Positions 17,409 to 24,504 of a stretch of DNA of 28,860 bases are shown here, piece after piece. The notes under the pieces are model-generated. The model saw only the letters and a program-made list of their open reading frames with translations, had not been told where the DNA came from and searched no databases. Where the stretch lies: IMG/VR virus record IMGVR_UViG_3300036778_000078, positions 1 to 28,860 of that record; one strand, 5' to 3'. Within the stretch, counting starts at the first letter, position 1. The number at the start of each line of letters is the position of its first letter. Source of the DNA: a virus. Its lineage: Duplodnaviria; Caudoviricetes. A program made the translations under genes and the position numbers.

Positions 17409-17839
17409 CCTTTCCAGCCGCCGAGCCGGCGCTCGCGCTCGACGATGAGCTTGCGGCGCAATGAGCGGGTGAGCTTGCCGCGGCGCCTTAGCTTGCCGTC
17501 AAGCCGCTCGAGGAGCCGGGCGATCGCCGGGCCCTTGTCGCGGGTTTGGCAACGGGCAAGCAAGCCGTCGCATGTCCGGCAGACCAGGCGGCCCTCGAGG
17601 AGCCTCACAGTGCGCGCCAGGCGGCCGCACGGGCAAATGAAGTATGACCAGCCGCCGCCATGCTTAAGCCGCGTGTGCGCCAGGCCCACGTCGAAGGCGA
17701 GGCCCTCGAGCTCGAGGCGAACGGTTTTCATTTCAGGATTGATCGCGCGCAAGGCGCGCAGCCGGCTCGCGCTGATCGCCGGCAAATCGTCACGCCGCGG
17801 CTTGCTTGCCTTTGCGGGTGGTTTTGATTCCGAGCTCAC
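17405..17839 (-). CDS. Zn-ribbon hypothetical protein
   Basis: GGGWSYFICPCGR...LVCRTCDGL...Q. Confidence 0.7.
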   Translation of the reverse strand: MSSESKPPAKASKPRRDDLPAISASRLRALRAINPEMKTVRLELEGLAFDVGLAHTRLKHGGGWSYFICPCGRLARTVRLLEGRLVCRTCDGLLARCQTRDKGPAIARLLERLDGKLRRRGKLTRSLRRKLIVERERRLGGWKG

Positions 17840-18038
17840 GCCTCACCTTGGGATATTTCACTGCGAGCGTCATGAGGGCGGCGACGGCGAACGGAATTTC
17901 GCGCCATTTGGTGTCCGAGTCGGCGTCATTCTCCCACGCGCGCACGGTGCGATCGGTCGTTTCGAACAGGCGCGCCAGCTCAAGCCGGCTTAGGCCGAGC
18001 GCTTCGCGCGCTTGGGTGAATTCCTCCGGGGTCATCAT
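17790..18038 (-). CDS. Small XRE HTH regulator (Aca-like position)
   Basis: MTPEEFTQAREALGLSRLELARLFETTDRTVRAWEND...IP..VA. Confidence 0.85.
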   Translation of the reverse strand: MMTPEEFTQAREALGLSRLELARLFETTDRTVRAWENDADSDTKWREIPFAVAALMTLAVKYPKVRRELGIKTTRKGKQAAA

Positions 18039-18166
18039 TTGGGCTTCGGCTTCTTGGCTTTCGCGTGTTTCGAGACGCGCAAGAGGCCGAGCGCCGGCGG
18101 CTTTTTGGGCGCGCCGCCGAGGGGCTTATGATGGTCGCTCGAGCGTATTTTGCCGGTGCCTGTCAT
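18035..18166 (-). CDS. Small basic peptide
   Basis: ATGA overlaps at both ends. Confidence 0.45.
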   Translation of the reverse strand: MTGTGKIRSSDHHKPLGGAPKKPPALGLLRVSKHAKAKKPKPK

Positions 18167-18360
18167 TGCGCGAGCCTCACGATTGTGTCGCTGTAGCTCT
18201 CGCCGGGCCCGCGTTCGTGCATGAGCCGCTCGAGGAGGGGCTTGAACAGCCAAAGGTAAAAGCCGCCCTCCGGGGCTTTGGCGAGCTCTTGAACCTCGCT
18301 CGGCGATCGGCCGGCCAGGATCGCGTCATAGGCGGCCGCGTTGATTTGGATTCGGATCAT
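18163..18360 (-). CDS. Hypothetical protein
   Basis: MIRIQINAAAYDAI...RGPGESYSDTIVRLA; GGAAAGG RBS. Confidence 0.7.
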   Translation of the reverse strand: MIRIQINAAAYDAILAGRSPSEVQELAKAPEGGFYLWLFKPLLERLMHERGPGESYSDTIVRLAQ

Positions 18361-18410
18361 CTTTCAACCTTTCCAGGGGCCCGCTAAGATAGGGCATTAT
18401 ATCCGAAATG

Positions 18411-18437
18411 AAAAGCCCCGCTTGGATAGCGGGGCTT
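18411..18437 (-). terminator. Intrinsic terminator
   Basis: AAGCCCCGCT-ATCCA-AGCGGGGCTT followed by TTCATTT on the - strand. Confidence 0.8.
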
Positions 18438-18442
18438 GGTCG

Positions 18443-18670
18443 TTAGTGGCGGCCTTCGCCAGGATCGGGCCGGTAGCGGCGCGCCTCGTCGCGGGCCCAA
18501 CGGCGCTCGCGATCGGCCGCCGATTCCGAGCTCGGATCATAATCGAGCTCGGGCGGAATTCCGCTCGCCTCGCGCTCGAGCGCCTCACGCCGGCGCGCCT
18601 CCGCGCGATGGCGCATATGAAGCCAGAGGAGGAGGGCGCCGAGCGCCATCAAGCCAGCCGCGTACATCAT
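18443..18670 (-). CDS. Small membrane-anchored protein
   Basis: N-terminal hydrophobic helix followed by a charged tail. Confidence 0.65.
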   Translation of the reverse strand: MMYAAGLMALGALLLWLHMRHRAEARRREALEREASGIPPELDYDPSSESAADRERRWARDEARRYRPDPGEGRH

Positions 18671-18867
18671 AGCGTCACCTTAATGCCGAGCGCCTCGAGG
18701 CTCGCGCGGGTTTGCAATTCGCAAGCGGCGCGCTCGGCCGATCGCCGCGAGCGATAGGATTTGCCGACAATGGTGAGCGCGTTGCCCTCCCGGCGCAAGA
18801 TCGCATAGCGATGCTGGCCTTTGGACGGATAGGCCGGATTGAGATCGGCGAAAATGCGGGCGCTCAT
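18667..18867 (-). CDS. Small hypothetical protein
   Basis: Coupled overlaps; GKSYRSRRSAERA. Confidence 0.65.
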   Translation of the reverse strand: MSARIFADLNPAYPSKGQHRYAILRREGNALTIVGKSYRSRRSAERAACELQTRASLEALGIKVTL

Positions 18868-19286
18868 ACGCGCACCGCCTTAAGATCGGCTTCGCTCGAG
18901 ACGCCCCACGGCAAGGCGTCATAGGCCGGGCCCGCGACATCGGGGAATGTCGCCTCGAGGAGATCGCAAATCCGCTTGGCGCGCGAGGCCTCCCAACCGT
19001 CATGCTCGCACGATTGATAGGCGTAGCATCGGGCGATCTTGGCGACGGCGAGCGCTTTGGCGTGGATCGGCTCATAGGCGTAATCCCGCACGGCGCGCTT
19101 ATAGGCCGCGTGCTCCTCGCAATGTCGGGCCGGCATATTGTAGCGATAGGCGACGCTGGCGACGTTCTCGAGCCAGAGGATGCGGCCGATCTTGGCGGGC
19201 TCGATTCGGGCGCTCGGCTCATGAAGAGCGAGGTACGCCGTCACCAAAATGTCTATATCTTGTTTTGAAACGACAAACGCTGACAT
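18864..19286 (-). CDS. Hypothetical protein of mobile elements
   Basis: MSAFVVS..DIDILV...IGRILWLENVASVAYRY...CYAYQSCEHDGWEAS.A...YDALPW. Confidence 0.75.
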   Translation of the reverse strand: MSAFVVSKQDIDILVTAYLALHEPSARIEPAKIGRILWLENVASVAYRYNMPARHCEEHAAYKRAVRDYAYEPIHAKALAVAKIARCYAYQSCEHDGWEASRAKRICDLLEATFPDVAGPAYDALPWGVSSEADLKAVRV

Positions 19287-19365
19287 GTCCTAAATCCTTT
19301 CCAGGGAGTTTGTGGGTAGGTTGGCGGGGCCGGGCCGCGTGTAGCGCGCGGGCCCGGCCTTCTCG

Positions 19366-19569
19366 TTAGGCGGCGAGCCGTTTGGTGGCGGGATCGATCT
19401 TTGGGCTTGCGACGATCAAGGCCTTGATCTTTTTCGGCGCGCAAAAGGCGCAGAAAAGCGGCCCGATTCCGCGGATGCTTTTCCCGTTGTGGAACAACGC
19501 GCCCTTGTCGCGAAACAAGGCGCGGCCATCGAGCGGCGAGGCGCCGCATTCAGTGCAAACGATCATCAT
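19366..19569 (-). CDS. Small Zn-finger-like protein
   Basis: CTECG...CAFC; GGAAAGGA RBS. Confidence 0.6.
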   Translation of the reverse strand: MMIVCTECGASPLDGRALFRDKGALFHNGKSIRGIGPLFCAFCAPKKIKALIVASPKIDPATKRLAA

Positions 19570-19657
19570 TTGTGGTTTTCCTTTCCAGGGAGTCGAGCAT
19601 TGGCGCTCGCCGAAACCGGATGGAGTCGAAACGACTCCAAGCCGGCTTAAGCTTGCG

Positions 19658-20587
19658 TCACGCGGCTTCGAGGAGCTCCATAGCGGGCTCGAGAACGGGC
19701 TCGAGCTCGCCGGCGGCCGATGCCAGGGAGCGCATGAATTCGACCGCACGTGACGCGTCGGCGGCCGCGGAAACGATGGCGCGGTCGTTAGCCTCGAGGA
19801 GCTCGGTCAGGCCTTGCAGCCATGTCGCGAGATAGGCCGCGTTCTGTTCATGGTTATCGATGCCGAATTCAGCGCAAACGAAGGCGCTCGCGAGCTCGGC
19901 GACAAGCTCCTCGTAAGCGTATTCGCGGTCGCCGAATTTCTTGCCCTTGACGCGCTTTAAGCGCTTGTCGTCGCCCGTCCAATGCGCGATCTCATGGAAC
20001 AGCGTCGCATAATAGGCGTGAGCCGATTCGAAGCTCGCGAGCGCCGGCATGTTGATGAAATCGAAGGCGCGAGCATAGTAGGCGCGGGCTTCCACGTGGC
20101 GAATCTCGGCGCCCGTGGCGCGCACGAATTCGTCAATTGTCGCGTCGCGTTCGTTGCGCGAGACATTCGCCGGCTTTTCATTGATCACGCCAAGCTTGTC
20201 GAGTTTCTCGCATTGCGCGACATTGAAAACCCAATAGCTTTTCAGGAACGGAATAAAGACAGTTTCGCCAGGATTGCGCTTATCCTCGCGCGCCACCTTG
20301 GAAACGAATACAATTTCAGTGCCCTTTTCGCCCTTGCGCACGTTTCCGCCGAGCTCGAGGGCTTGCTTGAACGTGAGCCAGCGAGGATCAGAATAGCCGC
20401 ACGCATCCGCCTTGCTCCAAAGCAAAAGCACGTTGATTCCGCTGTACTGGCGCGCGGTCACGGCGTTGCGCGGCATGGTGATGGCGCCGGCGTCGATTCC
20501 GCTCGCCCATGGCTTGCGCCAGGGCAACGCGCCGGCTTTCAGGGAAACGAGGATTCGATCGGTAATTTCGCGGTGAAGATTGCGCAT
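19658..20587 (-). CDS. ardC: ArdC-family ssDNA-binding antirestriction protein (zincin-like C-domain)
   Basis: ITDRI...L..G.LPWRKPW, YSGINVLLLW, WLTFKQA..LGGNVRKGEKG, VFNVAQC, YYATLFHEIAHWTG, YAYEELVAEL. Confidence 0.92.
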   Translation of the reverse strand: MRNLHREITDRILVSLKAGALPWRKPWASGIDAGAITMPRNAVTARQYSGINVLLLWSKADACGYSDPRWLTFKQALELGGNVRKGEKGTEIVFVSKVAREDKRNPGETVFIPFLKSYWVFNVAQCEKLDKLGVINEKPANVSRNERDATIDEFVRATGAEIRHVEARAYYARAFDFINMPALASFESAHAYYATLFHEIAHWTGDDKRLKRVKGKKFGDREYAYEELVAELASAFVCAEFGIDNHEQNAAYLATWLQGLTELLEANDRAIVSAAADASRAVEFMRSLASAAGELEPVLEPAMELLEAA

Positions 20588-20665
20588 TTTGGTTTGATCC
20601 TTTCCAGGGGAGTCGAGCGATCGCTCGCATAAGCCGAGCTCCTCGAGCTCGGCTTAGGCTTGCGT

Positions 20666-20842
20666 TCAATTCAGGTGCGCAAGTTGCGCCTTGGCGATGT
20701 TGAGCGCTTCCGCGCAAAGCATCATGTCGCGCTGGCAATTGTCGCGTAGCAGTTTGCTTTTGAAGCCGAGCTTGCGCAGTTGCATCGCGTCAAATCGCGC
20801 CTCGAGGGCAAAGATGATTTGTTCAAGATGTTGCTTGCTCAT
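20666..20842 (-). CDS. 58-aa hypothetical protein
   Basis: Not in ORF track; MSKQHLEQIIFALEARFDAMQLRKLGFKSKLLRDNCQRDMMLCAEALNIAKAQLAHLN*; ATGA overlap with the upstream gene. Confidence 0.65.
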   Translation of the reverse strand: MSKQHLEQIIFALEARFDAMQLRKLGFKSKLLRDNCQRDMMLCAEALNIAKAQLAHLN

Positions 20843-21042
20843 CGGGGCATGCCTTCCACGCGGGCGAAATCGCGTTGCAGATTGCGAATCCGCTCATAGG
20901 TTTCCGGCGCGTTCATGCGGAGCGTTGGCCAGTCGAAACCGAACGCGCCTCCGCCGGCGAAATCGCGCCGGTAACGGTTCAAGAGAATGTCGATTTGGCG
21001 CAGCGCGCCCGCGCGGGATTTGGGATAGGCGGGAAGTGTCAT
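20839..21042 (-). CDS. Small hypothetical protein, first gene of the leftward early operon
   Basis: FGFDWPTLRMNAPE; directly downstream of the TTGACA promoter. Confidence 0.65.
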   Translation of the reverse strand: MTLPAYPKSRAGALRQIDILLNRYRRDFAGGGAFGFDWPTLRMNAPETYERIRNLQRDFARVEGMPR

Positions 21043-21065
21043 GTGTTTCCGAGCTCCTCGAGCCG

Positions 21066-21148
21066 CGGATAAAATATCCGTCCGGCTCGGCTTGTTAACT
21101 AGGGATAAAATATCCGCGTGTCAATACCTTTTGCGGATAAAATATCCG
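21066..21148. promoter_or_regulatory. Sigma70-type leftward promoter with three box A operators
   Basis: (C/G)GGATAAAATATCCG at 21066, 21102 and 21134; - strand TTGACA (21119-21124)-17-TAGTTA with the middle box in the spacer. Confidence 0.85.
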
Positions 21149-21188
21149 CTCTTGCGCTCTTTTTTCATCGTGCTAGGCTCGAGCCGCT

Positions 21189-21467
21189 ATGCCATTGAGC
21201 GACAAAGAGAAAACAGACGCGCGCGACGCCTTGACGCTGGCGCTCGAGCTCAATGAGCCGGAAACAATGTTGGAGGGCTTGAAACGCCTATGCATGCGGA
21301 AGGCGATCGATGCGCATTTAGGCGACAATGAGCGCCAACGTTACCGCTCGAGCCATGAGGCGCTAGATCAAGTGCTATCCGAGCTCATGGGCGCAGATAA
21401 GCGCGACAAGCCCGACAATGGCGCGCCAGAGCCGCAAGGCGAGCAAGACGCGCCCGACACGGCCTAA
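21189..21467 (+). CDS. Hypothetical protein
   Basis: 92 aa, helical; preceded by TTGCGC-16-TAGGCT. Confidence 0.65.
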   Translation: MPLSDKEKTDARDALTLALELNEPETMLEGLKRLCMRKAIDAHLGDNERQRYRSSHEALDQVLSELMGADKRDKPDNGAPEPQGEQDAPDTA

Positions 21468-21699
21468 CAGACAGATTGTTAGCCTAGCCGCTCCTCGAGC
21501 GCCTCGAGGCCTTTTCGCGCCACATAGACAACCAAGCGCATAAACAATGCGCAACGCAATCGCGACGCTGGCTTTCGCGCCACGATCGGCCGCGCTCGCA
21601 CCGCTCGCGCTCGCCAAACCGGCGACAATCAAGCCAGCCGCAATGCAAGCGGCGGCCAGGGTGAGCCCGCCCATTGGATTCCAGCCGGCCCAATAAAGC

Positions 21700-21967
21700 T
21701 ACGCGCGTAGGCTAGTGGATTGCGTGTTGAATTGCGTGTGGATTGCTGTCTCGATTCTCTGTACAAATCAAGACAATCAACAATATCAATGGCTTACACA
21801 TGGTTGAGGGCGACAATGCGAGGGCAAAGCCAGGCTCACCCTCCTTTTTCCCTGGCCAGAACGCGTTTGGCCCCCCGTCAGTACCCCCTCTTGATCAGTA
21901 CCGGGGCCGGGGGTGGTAGCCATCCCGCCACCCCAAATCCAACTCACACATCCGGCAAGTATTCAAC
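21700..21967. other. Putative packaging initiation/terminus region
   Basis: Apparently non-coding; ~12-bp ATTGCGTGT repeats at 21716-21751; exact IHF consensus TATCAATGGCTTA at 21784-21796; C- and G-runs; upstream of the terS operon. Confidence 0.5.
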
Positions 21968-21983
21968 TGTTTCACGTGAAACT
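21968..21983. promoter_or_regulatory. parS-like site
   Basis: TGTTTCACGTGAAACT, 15/16 match to the bacterial parS consensus TGTTTCACGTGAAACA. Confidence 0.8.
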
Positions 21984-22030
21984 TGCCGAGCTGTCAGTTT
22001 TGCGCCAGATTGGCCCTCGAGGGCAACGCG

Positions 22031-22375
22031 ATGGTTTTTAAGGCGCATGCTGGTGGGTTAGGGCCGAAGTTAGGTGAGAGTCTGGCGAGTGGTCCGACGG
22101 CGTTGGAGCGGCGGGTTGAGTTAGCGAGGGCGAGGGTGAGGGAGGAGGAGTTGGCTCGGCGGGCGTTGGCGAGGGGTGAGGTTAATCCCGAGCCTGTTGT
22201 CGACAAGGGGAACGCGGAACAGGGCGGGACCGAACAGGGAACGGGGGGTGGGCGATCGAAAAGTGGGCCGAAAGGTGGCCGGCCGTTGAAGTATGTGGGG
22301 AAAAAGCCGTGGGAGGTTGAGGGGGTGAGCCGGCGGACTTGGCAGCGTCGGCGGCAGGGGGTGAGCGATGGCTGA
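22031..22375 (+). CDS. Hypothetical protein with a C-terminal DNA-binding-like motif
   Basis: KGGRP...KPWEVEGVSRRTWQRRR. Confidence 0.65.
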   Translation: MVFKAHAGGLGPKLGESLASGPTALERRVELARARVREEELARRALARGEVNPEPVVDKGNAEQGGTEQGTGGGRSKSGPKGGRPLKYVGKKPWEVEGVSRRTWQRRRQGVSDG

Positions 22376-22601
22376 ACGGACATATGGCGAGCGGGCGGTT
22401 GGGTTGGATTTTAATCCGTCGGCTGATCCGAGGGTTGAACATCTAAAGCAGCTTTTCGCCAGGGTGATTGATGAGCTTGATGGCTTGCGGGCCGGGAGCA
22501 AGCCGGGGGAATTGGCGCGGTTGTGTTCGATTGCGATCACGGAAGCGCAAGGGGCGCAGATGTGGGCGGTGAAGGCGGCGACCTGGCGCGGCGATGGCTG
22601 A
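22368..22601 (+). CDS. Acb2/Tad1-like helical hairpin protein (candidate cyclic-nucleotide sponge)
   Basis: GERAVGLDFNPS...VEHLKQ.FA.VID...ARLCSIAITEAQGAQMWAVKAATW. Confidence 0.6.
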   Translation: MAERTYGERAVGLDFNPSADPRVEHLKQLFARVIDELDGLRAGSKPGELARLCSIAITEAQGAQMWAVKAATWRGDG

Positions 22602-22845
22602 CAAGTTGGAGAATTTGACCGCCGACCAGCAAGCGTTGCTGTTTGCGGTTGGGCGGCAGCTCACTCGAGCCAAGATCGAATTTGTATTGATCGCCTCGGA
22701 CGGTGCGGGCCCGCCGGCGGCCGCGTCGGTGATGAGCAACGCCAACCCCATTCGCGCTTACGAGATGTTGAATGCGGCGATCGTCGGCGCGGTGAGGGCG
22801 GCGGTCGATCCGGGACGCGTGGTGTGGGAGCCGCCTTTGCAATGA
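22594..22845 (+). CDS. Hypothetical protein
   Basis: Overlapping operon gene. Confidence 0.6.
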   Translation: MADKLENLTADQQALLFAVGRQLTRAKIEFVLIASDGAGPPAAASVMSNANPIRAYEMLNAAIVGAVRAAVDPGRVVWEPPLQ

Positions 22846-23087
22846 GCTTGCCTGGCTTTTGGATGAACGAGACGAGCGGCGTGCTTCGGCCGGCGGTCGA
22901 GGCCTATCTCAAGCACGACGAGATGACGCCGGCCGAGATCGCCGCGATGCGGGCCTATCTGCGGCAATGGATCGCCGGCTTTCATGGCGTCCCCGAGCTG
23001 AAAGAGGGCGTCGACAAGCTCACCTCGCGCCAGGCGATCGCGCAATGGCTCGACCGCGCGCTCGATCTTGGGATCGACCCCTTATGA
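22842..23087 (+). CDS. Hypothetical phage protein
   Basis: PGFWMNETSGVLRPAVEAYL...MRAYLRQWI...GIDPL. Confidence 0.7.
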   Translation: MSLPGFWMNETSGVLRPAVEAYLKHDEMTPAEIAAMRAYLRQWIAGFHGVPELKEGVDKLTSRQAIAQWLDRALDLGIDPL

Positions 23088-23311
23088 AGATCACGTCGTT
23101 CAAGTCGCTCGTCGGCGAGACATGGGCGCTCTCGGACGGCTTTTGCGTGCTCGGCTATTTCAAGTCGGAGGCCGAGGCGAGGAAGCGCCGGCGGGAGATC
23201 ATCGAGGCGAAGGAATTGAGGAGCGCTGGCCATGAGCCGCAAGAGCCGGAAGAACACCGCGCCCGGAACGACCGGGCGCAAGCCGGGGAATTGAGCGAGA
23301 GCCGGCTATGA
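23084..23311 (+). CDS. Hypothetical protein
   Basis: ATGA overlaps at both ends. Confidence 0.55.
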   Translation: MKITSFKSLVGETWALSDGFCVLGYFKSEAEARKRRREIIEAKELRSAGHEPQEPEEHRARNDRAQAGELSESRL

Positions 23312-23502
23312 GGGCGCTCCTCAAATGGTGGCGAAGGCGTCAGCGCGAGCTTGACCTCGAAATCTTGTGGCCGGCTTGCCTCGAATATTCGACCAGCCTG
23401 GACGAGGCGAAAGCCGCCTTCGCCATGCACGCCTTCAATGATCGCGCCTGGACCTCGCTCGGCGAGGCCGAGATCATCCGTCGCATCGAGGCCTTGCAAT
23501 GA
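23308..23502 (+). CDS. Hypothetical protein
   Basis: ATGA overlaps at both ends. Confidence 0.6.
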   Translation: MRALLKWWRRRQRELDLEILWPACLEYSTSLDEAKAAFAMHAFNDRAWTSLGEAEIIRRIEALQ

Positions 23503-24038
23503 CGCGAGAGAGCGCGCTCGCCGAGAAATACTACCGCGAGCAGGACAAGCGGATTTCGGAGGAGCTGAAACAGGGGGCGGAAATCCGCCGCGCCGACCTG
23601 GTGGGTGCGGCGGCAAAAACCGAAATCGGGCCCGCGCTCGATTCCGAGATCGTCGAGCAATTGATTTTTGAGCTCGACGGCAATGTGAGCGCGATCGCCA
23701 AGGCCTTGAGCGTCCGGAGCGATCGGTTGCGCGCCTTCATCATGGCCAAGGGCGAGCTCAGACGCGCGTTGGATGAAGTCTATGAAGGCGCGGTCGACGA
23801 ATCGATCGGCGTCTTGTTCAAGGGCTTGCGCGACGAGGCCTCGTTCCAAAACCGCTTCTACGCCGCCAAGGAATTCTTGCGCTCTGGCGCCGGGCATAAG
23901 CGCGGCTTCGGCCAGGCCCCGGCCCCGATGAGCTCGCTCGAGATCAAGGATTCGGCGGCCGGCCGAACGATCGTGTTGAAGTGGCTCGAGCCCGACGCCT
24001 TGGCGCCCCCAACCACGATCGAGGGAGAAAAGGCGTGA
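23499..24038 (+). CDS. terS: Probable terminase small subunit
   Basis: HTH GNVSAIAKALSV, helical body, C-terminal IVLKWL strand; upstream of terL. Confidence 0.65.
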   Translation: MTRESALAEKYYREQDKRISEELKQGAEIRRADLVGAAAKTEIGPALDSEIVEQLIFELDGNVSAIAKALSVRSDRLRAFIMAKGELRRALDEVYEGAVDESIGVLFKGLRDEASFQNRFYAAKEFLRSGAGHKRGFGQAPAPMSSLEIKDSAAGRTIVLKWLEPDALAPPTTIEGEKA

Positions 24039-24235
24039 GCGATTACATGGACCTCGAGGAGGCGGTCGAGCTCATCATGAAGCGCACGGGGCGGACGCGC
24101 CGCCAAGCCAAAAAAGCGCTGATCGAGAAACTGAAATCAGGCGAAATCCACGCTCGCGGCCTCGTTGTCGGCTCAAATCAAAGCGGCGAACAGATCGCCC
24201 AAATCGTTCCCATTCAGCCAAGCAAACAGCCATGA
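24035..24235 (+). CDS. Small hypothetical DNA-binding-like protein
   Basis: GGAGA RBS then GTG; LEEAVELIMKRTGRTRRQAKKAL. Confidence 0.55.
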   Translation: MSDYMDLEEAVELIMKRTGRTRRQAKKALIEKLKSGEIHARGLVVGSNQSGEQIAQIVPIQPSKQP

Positions 24236-24459
24236 TTTGCCCCGAATGCCGCGGCCGCGGGTGGGCGCCGCTCGGCGGGGCGGCCGACGACGAGGGCGCG
24301 GCGCATGGCCCTTGTCCAATGTGCGGCGGGTGCGGGATCGCCTATTGCTGCGAAGGCGCGGCCCCGGTGTTCGAATGCGCCCGTTGCGGCTTCATCCAAG
24401 AAAACAACGTGATCAGGTGCGAGGACTGCGGCGAGCCCTTGGTGTTTCGGATCGCTTAA
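24232..24459 (+). CDS. Cys-rich zinc-finger protein
   Basis: CPECRGRG, CPMCGGCG, CARCG, CEDCG. Confidence 0.65.
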   Translation: MICPECRGRGWAPLGGAADDEGAAHGPCPMCGGCGIAYCCEGAAPVFECARCGFIQENNVIRCEDCGEPLVFRIA

Positions 24460-24460
24460 A

Positions 24461-24504
24461 CTCGCCGTTTTGGCGAATTCTCGCCAATCCGCTAACGTCG
24501 CCCT
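24461..24504 (+). promoter_or_regulatory. Putative terL promoter with tandem box B sites
   Basis: CTCGCCG-TTT-TGGCGAA and CTCGCCA 19 bp later; TTGGCG-17-TAACGT-6-ATG. Confidence 0.55.

Noticed and set aside
21095-21109. CtrA-like site TTAA-N7-TAAA over the early promoter
   Set aside because: Single imperfect match, half of it explained by the box A operator
17590-21510. Apparent abundance of CTCGAG
   Set aside because: Largely explainable by Leu-Glu codon pairs and high GC; enrichment cannot be shown without counting against a codon-aware model
21375-21693. - strand ORFs 21375..21674 and 21484..21693
   Set aside because: No RBS or recognisable motif, and I cannot choose between the frames
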